DNA of 64,000 nucleotides from Eledone cirrhosa (GCA_964016885.1 OZ024756.1:124001-188000); one strand, 5' to 3'. Positions 13,601-25,212 are shown, numbered from the stretch's first letter. A program made the numbers and translations. Notes: generated from the letters alone by a model not told the origin.

Positions 13601-14515
13601 ACACTAGAGAGACACTGGGTGACCAGGTGAGAGGTATTAACCCTGACACTAGAGAGACACTGGGTTATCAGGTGAGAGGTATTAACCCCGACACTAGAGA
13701 GACACTGGGTTACCAGGTGAGAGGTATTAACCCCGACACTAGAGAGACACTGGGTTACCAGGTGAGAGGTATTAACCCCGACACTAGAGAGACACTGGGT
13801 GACCAGGTGAGAGGTATTAACCCCGACACTAGAGAGACACTGGGTTACCAGGTGAGAGGTATTAACCCCGACACTAGAGAGACACTGGGTGACCAGGTGA
13901 GAGGTATTAACCCCGACACTAGAGAGACACTGGGTGACCAGGTGAGAGGTATTAACCCTGACACTAGAGAGACACTGGGTTACCAGGTGAGAGGTATTAA
14001 CCCCAACACTAGAGAGACACTGGGTTACCAGGTGAGGGGTATTAACCCCGACACTAGAGAGACACTGGGTTATCAGGTGAGAGGTATTAACCCCGACACT
14101 AGAGAGACACTGGGTTACCAGGTGAGAGGTATTAACCCCGACACTAGAGAGACACTGGGTTACCAGGTGAAAGGTATTAACCTCGGCACTAGAGAGACAC
14201 TGGGTTACCAGGTGAGGGGTATTAACCCCGACACTAGAGAGACACTGGGTTATCAGGTGAGAGGTATTAACCCCGACACTAGAGAGACACTGGGTTACCA
14301 GGTGAGAGGTATTAACCCCGACACTAGAGAGACACTGGGTTACCAGGTGAGGGGTATTAACCCCGACACTAGAGAGACACTGGGTTACCAGGTGAGAGGT
14401 ATTAACCCCGACACTAGAGAGACACTGGGTTACCAGGTGAAAGGTATTAACCTCGGCACTAGAGAGACACTGGGTTACCAGGTGAGAGGTATTAACCCCG
14501 ACACTAGAGAGACAC
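10651..14515. repeat. Highly homogeneous 45-bp satellite (taccaggtgagaggtattaaccccgacactagagagacactgggt), ~86 copies
   Basis: Exact 45-bp period without visible indels; 15-aa periodic ORFs on both strands. Confidence 0.97.
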
Positions 14516-14687
14516 AAGTTCCCACTTTTTAGAAGACTCCGTGGTTCCTATAATTACAACAGGTAATGTAACAATCTTTATAAAAGACCATTCTTTCCAC
14601 TGCAATATTATTACTATCTCCTCCTCAACACTTTGGCTGGGAAGAAAGTTTTTCTATTTTACATACAACAGAAATAAAATAACTTAA

Positions 14688-15012
14688 GGTATGTGTGTGT
14701 GTGTGTGAAAGTGTGAGTGTGTTTGTGTGTGGGGTGGGTGTATGTTTGAGAGTGTGTATGTGTGTGTGAAAGTGTGAGCTTGTGGGGGAATGTTTGTGAA
14801 GATGTATGTATGTAAGTATGTGTGTGTGTGTGTGTATGAGTGTGTGTGACAGTGTGAGGGTGTATGTGACAGTGTGTGTATGTGTATGAGCGTGTGTGAA
14901 AGTGTGATTATATGTTGGGGTATGTTTGAGGGTGTATGTGTGAGAGTGTGTGTGGGGAGGTGAAAGGTGTGAGTGTGTGTGAGAGAGTGTGAAAGTGTCT
15001 GTATGGGCGTGT
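14688..15012. repeat. Degenerate (GT)n low-complexity tract
   Basis: GT-rich dinucleotide repeat. Confidence 0.75.
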
Positions 15013-15344
15013 GGTCTAAGTGTAAAAATGTTTACAATGAGGACCTGTCCAGTTTCTGAATTATCCACATTCCCGGCCATTTCCACCAATCAAACTAACG
15101 AGCTACAATTTCCTTTTATGTCTTAAAAAAAAAAATAGAAAAATCTTGTTCATCTTTTTATTTATTGTTTGTATCCGTTGGTCATGAGAAAGGCCAGCAT
15201 TTATATATGACCCTTCTCAGGGTCTCTGATCCAGGTGACTGTGAGGTAGGACGGATACTACCCTCAGAGAACTGGTTCCAAAATACTTACTACGGAGTGG
15301 ACTCCACTGAAAGGCAGCCAATGGCAAGGTAGTGGCATTAATTA

Positions 15345-15533
15345 AACTGGTGGATTGGCAGTATCGGTAGAGCATCAGACACCATGCTTTGCAGCATAGA
15401 GTTATGGCCCTTAATGTTCTGAGTTCAAATTCCGCCGAGGTTAACTTTGCCTTTCATCCTTACGGGGTCAATAAAATAAAGTACCAGTAATGCACTGAGG
15501 TAATTGCTGGCCTTGTGCCCAAGGCAGAAGCAA
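15345..15533 (+). mobile_element. tRNA-derived SINE family A, near full length
   Basis: A-box-like tggcagtatcggtaga, B-box gagttcaaattcc, conserved core ctttgcctttcatccttacggggtcaataaaataaagtaccag. Confidence 0.85.
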
Positions 15534-15773
15534 TTAATTAAACTGGACTGGATTAAGTCTACCATCCAAATAGGTCACAGGGAGAAGTGAACCCGGAGCA
15601 CAAATACTGCAAGGCATCCACTCTGCCCAGATGATAAATACACCGTAACCTTGTATATCATACGAGGTGACTAAACTAAAACAGTTGGCATGAGGAAGGG
15701 CATTCAGGTGTAAACATCCCAACCTACCAATGCCAGTATGGAAAGGTGGCCCTGTAAAAGAAATGATGGTAAT

Positions 15774-16145
15774 AAAAAGAGAATCAGTGTTTCGACGAAT
15801 GGAATTTATTGGACATATTACAATCGTTTCTCTGGAGACCAGCTCGAGGCATGATCGATCTGATGAGCGAGTCTTGATTCTACGAAGCAGAGTTTCCTAA
15901 TTAGGAAAGTCTACTTCGTAGAATCAAGACATATCTGAGGACCTTGCGATTATCAGAGTCAGGTTCGATCATCACATCGATCGTGTCTCGAGCTGGTCGC
16001 CAGAGAAACGATTGTAATATGTCCGATAAATTCCATTCATCACAACACTGATTCTCTTTTTTTATGTGATATCATACTCTGCTCTATGAGAGCATCGAGT
16101 GCTCATACGGCCTACCGCATACGGATGCTTTAAGCATCCAAAACC
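15774..16145 (+). mobile_element. Penelope-like element pseudo-LTR with inverted 5'-truncated copy (fold-back palindrome)
   Basis: Arms ~15774-15866 and ~15969-16061 are reverse complements; inner palindrome 15871-15930; contains a hammerhead motif; ends at (TA)n. Confidence 0.7.
15928..16023 (+). ncRNA. Type I hammerhead ribozyme motif with long stem II
   Basis: gacatat-CTGAGGA-[63-nt imperfect hairpin]-GAAA-cgattg-TA-atatgtc; stem I gacatat/atatgtc; predicted cleavage after 16016; C.A mismatch at stem II base. Confidence 0.7.
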
Positions 16146-16160
16146 AATTATATATATATA

Positions 16161-16410
16161 TGGTATGGACATGTGATGTGCATGGATGATGATCAGTGGG
16201 TGAAGAAGTTGCCAAATAATCCCAGTGGAAGGAAGCTGCAATAGAGGAAGACCAAGGAAGACCTGGATGGAAATGGTGAGAGCTGACCAGATAGCTAAAG
16301 CTCATGGAGGAGATGACAAAGGAGTGCGACAAGTGGAGAGAGTGACACTGTAGTGAGAAAGAGCCATCCAACATATTGCAAACGTGGAACAGGGAATCTA
16401 ATAATGATGA
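16161..16410 (+). mobile_element. Degenerate RTE LINE 3' end
   Basis: tggtatggacatgtgatg...ggaagaccaaggaagacctgg homologous to 20927-21298. Confidence 0.8.
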
Positions 16411-16571
16411 TATATATATACATACATACACACAGGCAGTAGTGGCAAGATAGTAAACTGTGGTGCTACCAGCTTTGGATAAAGGGGGAAAAAAAGAAGC
16501 AGTTGACAGCATTAACAGCAGACCAGACTGACATAACAGTGTAAACAGATTTCATGGTAAGGAAATGGCAA

Positions 16572-17900
16572 GAAACAGAAACTGGAAGAAAACCTTAGAA
16601 ACTATAAATTGATATAAAACAGAAACTGGAAGAAAACCTTAGAAACTATAAATTGATATAAAACAGAAACTGGAAGAAAACCTTTGAAACTATAAATTGA
16701 TATAAAACAGAAACTGGAAGAAAACCTTTGAAACTATAAATTGATATAAAACAGAAACTGGAAGAAAACCTTTGAAACTATAAATTGATATAAAACAGAA
16801 ACTGGAAGAAAACCTTTGAAACTATAAATTGATATAAAACAGAAACTGGAAGAAAACCTTAGAAACTATAAATTGATATAAAACAGAAACTGGAAGAAAA
16901 CCTTAAGGAACTATAAATTGATATAAAACAGAAACTGGAAGAAAACCTTAAGGAACTATAAACTGATATAAAACAGAAACTGGAAGAAAACCTTAAGGAA
17001 CTATAAACTGATATAAAACAGAAACTGGAAGAAAACCTTAAGGAACTATAAATTGATATAAAACAGAAACTGGAAGAAAACCTTAAGGAACTATAAACTG
17101 ATATAAAACAGAAACTGGAAGAAAACCTTTGAAACTATAAATTGATATAAAACAGAAACTGGAAGAAAACCTTTGAAACTATAAATTGATATAAAACAGA
17201 AACTGGAAGAAAACCTTTGAAACTATAAATTGATATAAAACAGAAACTGGAAGAAAACCTTTGAAACTATAAATTGATATAAAACAGAAACTGGAAGAAA
17301 ACCTTTGAAACTATAAATTGATATAAAACAGAAACTGGAAGAAAACCTTAGAAACTATAAATTGATATAAAACAGAAACTGGAAGAAAACCTTTGAAACT
17401 ATAAATTGATATAAAACAGAAACTGGAAGAAAACCTTTGAAACTATAAATTGATATAAAACAGAAACTGGAAGAAAACCCTTGAAACTATAAATTGATAT
17501 AAAACAGAAACTGGAAGAAAACCTTAGAAACTATAAACTGATATAAAACAGAAACTGGAAGAAAACCTTTGAAACTATAAATTGATATAAAACAGACTGG
17601 AAGAAAACCTTTGAAACTATAAACTGATATAAAACAGAAACTGGAAGAAAACCTTTGAAACTATAAATTGATATAAAACAGAAACTGGAAGAAAACCTTT
17701 GAAACTATAAATTGATATAAAACAGACTGGAAGAAAACCTTTGAAACTATAAACTGATATAAAACAAACTGGAAGAAAACCTTAGAAACTATAAACTGAT
17801 ATAAAACAGAAACTGGAAGAAAACCTTTGAAACTATAAATTGATATAAAACAGAAACTGGAAGAAAACCTTAGAAACTATAAACTGATATAAAACAGAAA
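16572..17900. repeat. 44-bp A-rich minisatellite (aaacagaaactggaagaaaacctttgaaactataaattgatata), ~30 copies, with a longer ttaagg-variant block at ~16900-17100
   Basis: actgg at 16581 and 16625 gives period 44. Confidence 0.95.
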
Positions 17901-18030
17901 CAAAAGAAAAAAAGGGAGGCATTGCCTTATAGCTTGATATAATTGATGTTCCATTTTTGATGGTTGATTATATATCTTTCAGGAGATAGATAGATAGCTG
18001 GTCATCTGGTCCCTCCAGCCACATGTGAAC

Positions 18031-18122
18031 ACATATCTGAGGAGCTTCCGATTCCAGAGTCAGGATCGATCATTAATTGATCGTTCCTCGAGCCGATCGA
18101 CAGTGAAACATATGTAATATGT
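18031..18122 (+). ncRNA. Type I hammerhead ribozyme motif, homolog of 15928-16023
   Basis: acatat-CTGAGGA-gct...agt-GAAA-catatg-TA-atatgt; palindromic stem III ACAUAUGU; predicted cleavage after 18116. Confidence 0.78.
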
Positions 18123-18268
18123 AATTAAATATGTATATGATGTAACACTGATTCTTTGTTCCCTTATATATATATTATTATTGATACTCTGCTCCCCACG
18201 AGCATCGAGTGCTCATCTTGGCATACCGCCTACGGATGCAATTAATTTGCACCTCTAATACCTATATA

Positions 18269-18270
<2 letters not shown>
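18031..18270 (+). mobile_element. Penelope-like pseudo-LTR fragment, diverged homolog of 15928-16145
   Basis: Shared aacactgattct and atactctgctc...gagcatcgagtgctcat...cggatgc tail; ends at (TA)n(GA)n. Confidence 0.7.
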
Positions 18271-18322
<52 letters not shown>

Positions 18323-18396
18323 TGTGTATATATGTATAATAACCAATGATAATACTTGGTAGACAAACAAATAGATTGTTGTTTAAAATCTCTCTC

Positions 18397-18440
<44 letters not shown>

Positions 18441-18854
18441 GTGTGTGTATGTATTATATATATACACAATCTTTTTATCTTCCTATCTAATATTTCTCAT
18501 TCCTCTCTCCCTACCTACCCTCTACCTCCCAATCTCCCTACCCACTACCCCTACCTCTTTATCTACCCCCCCCCCCCTTTCCCTTATCTCCATGTAAGGA
18601 GGTTTATTAATAAACTTCCTCACCTTTTCCTCTTCCTGTCATTTCCAGATGACTTTCTAACTTTGGAGTAAACATCAAAATATCAAACTAACTTCTTTCT
18701 TATAAGACACACCATTCTTCATACACACACACCACACACACCACAGTCATACACACAAAGTCACCCCCCCCCCCACACACACACACCCAGTTAGTACATT
18801 TATTATAACAAAAGGTGTTTTTCCCTTATCTGATAGTATGAATAAAGCAGATTG

Positions 18855-19015
18855 ACAGCAACAACAATATCAACAGCAATAACAGCAACAGCAACAATAA
18901 CAGCAATAATAACAACAGCAGCAGCAATAACAACAGCCACAGCAACAGTAACAATGCATCCAGCAACAATAACAACAGTGGTAACAATACATCCAACAAC
19001 AACAATAACAATATG
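18855..19015. repeat. (AAC/AGC/AAT)n triplet low-complexity tract
   Basis: Triplet repeats. Confidence 0.75.
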
Positions 19016-19239
19016 CAAACAAAATAAATATTTATTTTAAATTGAAGAAAGTGTAAGTAGAGATAGAAATCAATGGAGAAAGAGAGTGGGAGGGGGAGAT
19101 AGACAGAAAGAGGGGGAAGAAAGATAGATAGAGGGAGAGGAGGGGGAACTCAAAAAGGAAGGGGAGTTTAGTTAGAGAGACAGAGAGAGTGTAGTGGGGA
19201 GGGAGGAGTTGAGTTAGAGATGGAAGGGTAATTCTATCA

Positions 19240-19540
19240 ATCCAAGACTTGGTTATATTACTAAAATCCCTTTGAATTTTAGATTATTTTCAAAATTATT
19301 TGAAAATAATAGAGAGTATCTTTGATTAAAAATATGGTAATGAAAGGGTTAATGACATAGACAGTGTCTTTCATTAGAAATATGGTAATGAAAGGGTTAA
19401 TGACATAGGTTGTGTCTTACATTAGAAATATAGTAATGAAAGGGTTAATGACATACACAGTGTCTTTCATTAGAAATATGGTAATGAAAGAGTTAATGAC
19501 ATAGAACTAAAAAGGGTTAACATATCTAAAAAGGGTTAAT
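19240..19540 (+). mobile_element. MITE-like element end with its terminus (aaaggg-ttaa) tandemly duplicated in 48-bp units
   Basis: gaaagggttaa at 19342, 19390, 19438, a variant at 19486, and two shorter copies. Confidence 0.65.
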
Positions 19541-20064
19541 AACATAACTAAAAAAATGGGAGCTAGATGTTTTGTGATCCTTAATGGTTCATACAATCAG
19601 TCGGTGCTTTTGTCATGAAATGTCTGAGAGACATTCTGTTGGATAGAGTGTAAGTATTTTACAACAAACTTTCTCATGTTCTGCTAACTATTATAACTAG
19701 GTTAACAGAGGTATATATATATATTAATGTCCACCATTAGAAACGTGATTGGCTGACAATACCTGAGCCAGATGTCTGTGATTGCCATTCATGGGTGGCC
19801 GCTGTTGCGTGCTGTTGATTGACTGGACTGGAGACAGTATAACCAAACCTGGGTCAAACAGGTACAAGTGTGTATGTATGTATGTATGGACCCATAACTC
19901 CTGATGGAGTTGTAGGGGTGCCGTAGTGACATACACTGTGTCTTGGGCATTTTAAAACCTGGTGGAGCCCATCTCTCCAGTTTTGAACACAGCTGATTTC
20001 TTCCAGAGAAGGAGAGAGAGTGAGAGAGAGGAAGTGAGAAAAGAGATATAGAGAAAGAAATAGC

Positions 20065-20222
20065 CCCAGTACTAGACTGGTGCTTTTTTTTTTATTGACC
20101 TCGAATGGATGAAAGGCAAAGTTGACCTCAGCAGGATTTGAACTGAGAGAGTAGCGAGCCAGAACAAATATTACAAAGCATTCTATCTGATGTTCTAACG
20201 ACTCTGTCAATCTGCCACCTTT
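20065..20222 (-). mobile_element. SINE family A, degenerate
   Basis: ggatgaaaggcaaagttgacctcagcaggatttgaactg core. Confidence 0.75.
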
Positions 20223-20926
20223 ACAGGTACAAGTAAATTAACAGAGAAACAGTCTAAAATGTCCTATCTAGAGATGCAATAACTGCAGTGTGAATTTGAT
20301 CTTACGAACCACAAGTTACTGTAGTTCAATACCAATATTGATTTTGCCAGGATGCAATGATACACAAGATTAACAAAGCCTGATTTATGTTTCAGCTTTA
20401 ATAAAAAATATTGTGTGATAAGTGCTGAGAATTATTGGAAGCTAATGTTCTTTGATTACATGACTGGAATATGATGGACAGAATCAAAACTGGTTATTCT
20501 ATAGTGTTTAATAACTGGGAGAATATTTCTGTAGGTCACACTTTACTGAAGAAGAGAGGGATTCTAGGGTAGTGTCATGGGTTACTGAGAGAGAGAGAGA
20601 GAGATACTAGGGTAGTGTCATTGTTTACTGAGAGATACTAGGGTAGTGTCATAGTTTACTGGGTCCTAACAAAATGAACTCTCCCAACCACCCCGCCATC
20701 CAAGCACTATATCCTGTGTCCTTACAAAATGAACTCCCCCAACCAGGGTGGAGGTGACTTCTACTGCAGCTATTTCACAGGTAACAGCCCTCATTATTGC
20801 TAACCACTGAACTGTGAAGAAAAGGTGGAACCTATTTAAATCTAACAAGAGAGTTTACATATCTTCAGCTACCAAGACAATGGTTGTGGTATGGTTAGAA
20901 CTCAGAACTCATTATTATAATCATAG

Positions 20927-21298
20927 AAATGAGGCAAGCATGCTCCGTTGGATGTGCAGTGTCAATGTGCGTGAACGACCCAGCATGAATGTGTTGAGAG
21001 AGAAACTGTGTCTGAGAGGGATAGAATGTAGTGTGCGAGAGAGGAGACTGCGGTGGTATGGACATGTGATGCGCATGGAGGATGACCGATGGGTGAAGAA
21101 GTGCCAGTTGAAGGAAGACATGGTAGAGGTAGACCACGAAAAACATGGGCGGAGGTGGTGAGAACAGACCGCAGATCGCTGAAGCTCACGGTGGAGATGA
21201 CGAAGGACCGTGACAAGTGGAAAGATGCTGTGCTGAATAGGACTCGTCCCACCCTTGCAAGCAGGGAAGTGCCGACGTAAAATGATGATGATGATGAT
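20927..21298 (+). mobile_element. RTE-clade LINE 3' end
   Basis: RNEASMLRWMC...RRLRWYGHVMRMEDDRWVKK, then a frameshifted GRPRKTW...DRDKWK; (ATG)n tail; close homolog of 10252-10617. Confidence 0.9.
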
Positions 21299-21752
21299 CA
21301 CAACACTACTACGAGCAGTAGCACCGCCATGACATACCACTACCACCATCACCACCACCACTACTGCCATGACATACCACTACCAAGACATACGTTTTGT
21401 TAGCCCTGAAGACCAACTTGTTTAATCTTCCTTTTTCTTTCCTATTTATTTTCATCAACACAGGTTGAACAAGTCAGTCCTCAAGACCAATGAAACGTAC
21501 CTGGTATGCTGCTGTTGTATTAACAGGCCTTAATATTTATATTCAAACTCACCCTCCAGTTGTTCTATACCTTCCATATTTTTACCTACCTATTATATAT
21601 AAAATAGAAAAAAAACAAGGAAGTTTTGTTTACATATGAAAAGTATTTATTGCGTATTGACCTGTATATATATATATATAGCTCGTCTAACCCATGCTAG
21701 TGAGGAAAAATGGACGTTAAACGGTGATGATGATGTATGCATGTATCAATAT

Positions 21753-22062
21753 ATCATCATCATCATTTTACGTCCGCTTTTCCCTGCTAGCAAGGGTGGG
21801 ACGGGAACTGATTCTGGCTTGGTTTCTACAGCTGGATGCCCTTCCTAACACCAACCTCATTTACAGTGAGTCCTGGGTGCTTTTTGCAGTGGAATGATAG
21901 GGACCCCAGTCTTATCATCTCATTTCTACAGCTGAGTAAACTGGAGCAATGTGAAATAAAGTGTCTCGCTCAAGGAAACAACACATCACCCGGTCTGAGA
22001 ATTGAACTCACAACCTTTCGATTGCAAGGCCAATTGCTCTAACCTCTAAGCCATGTGCCTCC
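21753..22062 (-). mobile_element. tRNA-derived SINE family B with RTE-like 3' tail
   Basis: Minus strand: tggcttagaggttagag A-box-like, gagttcaattct B-box-like, ccttgagcgagacacttt, tail ccacccttgctagcagggaaaagcggacgtaaaatgatgatg. Confidence 0.8.
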
Positions 22063-22065
22063 ATG

Positions 22066-22104
<39 letters not shown>

Positions 22105-22384
22105 GTATCATTATCATCATTTTACATCCGCTTTTCCCTGCTTGGTAAACTTAGATATTTTTTATTTATTATCTACCTTATGATGATCTATCTTATATGT
22201 ATTGTTCTGAGCTCTAGTACAGATTTTCACACCTGCTATTATTGATCAACTTCCATGACGGACAACATGGAAATAACAATGAAGGCTTCGATGTAACTAG
22301 CACTGTATTGATCTAAGTATTGAACTAAATCCCTATCATACATACATACACACACATATATATATATATATTTCATTCAGTTTT

Positions 22385-22663
22385 CATTCATTTTACGTCT
22401 GCTTTTCCCTGCTTGCAAGGGTGGGACTGGAACTGATTCTGGCTTGATTTCTACAGCTGGATGCCCTTTAGAAGAATTGGACTGAGGAAACAATGTTTCC
22501 ATGGGTCTTTCCAATTGCTAATACTATCTATCGGTCGCAACTCCAGGTAGAAGGAGCAACGTGAAATAAAGTGTCTTGCTCAAGGACATAACGCATCGCC
22601 TGGTCCAGGAATAGAACTCACAACCTCACAATTGCGAATCTAATTCTCTAACCACTCAGCCAT
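22385..22663 (-). mobile_element. SINE family B pieces (tail 22385-22470, head ~22550-22663)
   Basis: Homology to 21753-22062. Confidence 0.7.
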
Positions 22664-22819
22664 ATACATATATTATTTAAACTCCCAGCAATAAACTGCA
22701 TTCAAATTGTAAGTTGAACTTACATTCACATACAAATACACACACATATGCCCAGATGATGGAGTGTTGTCACCGCCAGCATTAACCAGCTCAGCTGAAA
22801 GCTAGTTGAAAACATCAAT

Positions 22820-22910
22820 AGTAGAAGATACTTTCACAAAATGCTGCCCAGTGAGATTGAACCTGATAAACAGGTGATAGTGAAGCAGGTTTCTTAACCA
22901 CACAGCCACC
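22820..22910 (-). mobile_element. Degenerate SINE head (third family)
   Basis: cagtgagattgaacct...cttaaccacacagccac is a tRNA-like head on minus strand; related piece at 23775-23918. Confidence 0.5.
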
Positions 22911-23049
22911 AGCCTACAACCATATACAGCTGTAAACTTCACACCTATTGTTCCTCATTTAATTTATGTAAATTATATTCACACTAGTTAAATATTTTCC
23001 GTGGGAAATTACACCAAAAATAGTCAGGTCTTGTAAAGAAATACTCTAG

Positions 23050-23700
23050 CAGTGACATGAGAAGAGGCTGAGGACTGTGGAAGAAGACATGTACCTCTAA
23101 CAGTGACATGACAAGGACTGGTCAAGGACTGTGGGGGAAGACATGTACCTCTAACAGTGACATGTCAAGGACTGTGGGGGAAGACATGTACCTCTAACAG
23201 TGACATGACAAGGACTGGTCAAGGACTGTGGGGGAAGACATGTACCTCTAACAGTGACATGACAAGGACTGGTCAACGACTGTGGAAGAAGACATGTACC
23301 TCTAACAGTGACATGACAAGGACTGGTCAACGACTGTGGAAGAAGACATGTACCTCTAACAGTGACATGACAAGGACTGGTCAACGACTGTGGGGGGAAA
23401 ACATGTACCTCTAACAATGACATGACAAGGACTGGTCAACGACTGTGGGGGAAGACATGTACCTCCAACAGTGACATGACAAGGACTGGTCAACGACTGT
23501 GGGGGAAGACATGTACCTCTAACAGTGACATGACAAGGACTGGTCAACGACTGTGGGGGAAGACATGTACCTCTAACAGTGACATGACAAGGACTGTGGG
23601 GGAAGACATGTACTTCTAACAGTGACATGACAAGGACTGTGGGGGAAGACATGTACCTCTAACAGTGACTGGTCAAGGACTGTAAGGAAAGGCATGTACC
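23050..23700. repeat. 54-bp minisatellite (gtgacatgacaaggactggtcaacgactgtgggggaagacatgtacctctaaca), ~12-13 copies including 42-bp variants
   Basis: 18-aa periodic ORFs; direct repetition. Confidence 0.92.
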
Positions 23701-23922
23701 CGTAACATAAATTCTCACCATGATTCAGTGTGATGCAGTGTATAAGCCTGACCCTTTGAATTACAAGTACAGTTCATCCGACAGGCTTCCAAACAGTTTC
23801 TGTCTGCCCAATTTCACTAACAAGGCATGGGATGACCTGGGTTGCATGGTAAATGACACTCAGTGGGATCAAACTCAGGACATAATGATTGGGAAGTGGA
23901 GTTGTTAACCATCAGGCCAGAG

Positions 23923-24247
23923 AAGCAACAGTAACATTACCAGCAATAGAAGCAAGAAAAACAACAACAGTAACACCAATGATGGCAATAGAACCAACAT
24001 CAACACCACCACCACCACCACCACCAGCAACAGTATCAACACCAACACCACCACCACCACCACCACCAGCATCAACAGTAGCAACATCAACAACAACACC
24101 ACCAACAGCAACAGTAACAGCATCAACACCACCACCACCACCAGCAACAGTATCAACAACAACAACACCACCACCACCAACAGCAACAGTATCAACAACA
24201 ACAACACAACCACCACCACCACCATCACCATCACCACCACCACAACA
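23923..24247. repeat. (ACC/AAC)n triplet low-complexity tract
   Basis: Triplet repeats giving a Pro/Thr ORF. Confidence 0.75.
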
Positions 24248-24734
24248 AATTAAAGAAGGGGTTTTTTTTTGTCCGTTGTTTTGTCCAGAGAAATGATTTG
24301 AATAGAAAAAGGCTTTCCTTCTCTCAACTGGAGTTGTTTTACTGTGTGTGGGCTTTAAGGAGTTCCATCTGCTCCCTTAGAAAAGGGGGGATTAAAAGTC
24401 TTCAAGATGGAGAAGAAAATGGTAATGGGGTGTGTAGGAGAGGAAGGCTAGACCTGGGGAGGCGGAGGGGGCTAAGAAAAGGACATTGCAGCACAATGAG
24501 GGGGGAGGGGGGGGGGGCTTATGCCTAACACCACCACCACCACCATCTTCATTTAGATGACTGGCTCTCCTGTAAAGAGGGGAGAGGAGAGAATGAGAGG
24601 AGAGTAAAGCAACCTTCCCCCCCAAAGGCATGGAAACATTAAGGGATTGTCTGAAGAAAATGACGATGGGGGGGGGGGGGGGATGAGACAAGTTTTTGCT
24701 TCTCTTGTATAACAACAACAATGATGATGATAAT

Positions 24735-25162
24735 GAATATATATATGTATACATGTGTGTATATATGTGTATATATACGTGTATATATATGTGTGTGTAT
24801 ATATATATGTATATATATGTGTGTATATATATATATATGTATATATATGTGTGTGTATATATATGTATGTGTGTATATATATGTATGTATATATGTGTAT
24901 ATATATATGTATATATATGTGTGTGTATATATATGTATGTGTGTGTATATATATATGTATATATATGTGTGTATATATATATATAAGGTCTTTCTCTTTT
25001 AACGGCAGTCAACAAATTATACATGCAGCTGTCAGGAAGAAAAAAATTGAAATTAAGAATGAACAGCTTGGCAACTAGTTTGTCTCCCACCCGCCCTCTA
25101 TCTATCTATCTCTATCTGTATAGCTATGGGATATTGGATATTAAATTCCTTGCAATAATACA

Positions 25163-25212
<50 letters not shown>

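Noticed and set aside
10651-14515. CRISPR-like array (also considered for the other regular arrays)
   Set aside because: No unique spacers, no cas genes, eukaryotic context
10642-14532. 1291-aa, 908-aa and 376-aa ORFs
   Set aside because: Open on both strands only because the 45-bp unit lacks stops in those frames; no non-repetitive domain
15345-15445. tRNA gene
   Set aside because: A/B boxes belong to a multi-copy SINE; no cloverleaf
19741-19861. AG...GT-bounded candidate exon
   Set aside because: Stops in all three frames and weak polypyrimidine tract
22474-22517. aattgga-CTGAGGA...tccaatt hairpin
   Set aside because: No GAAA core strand
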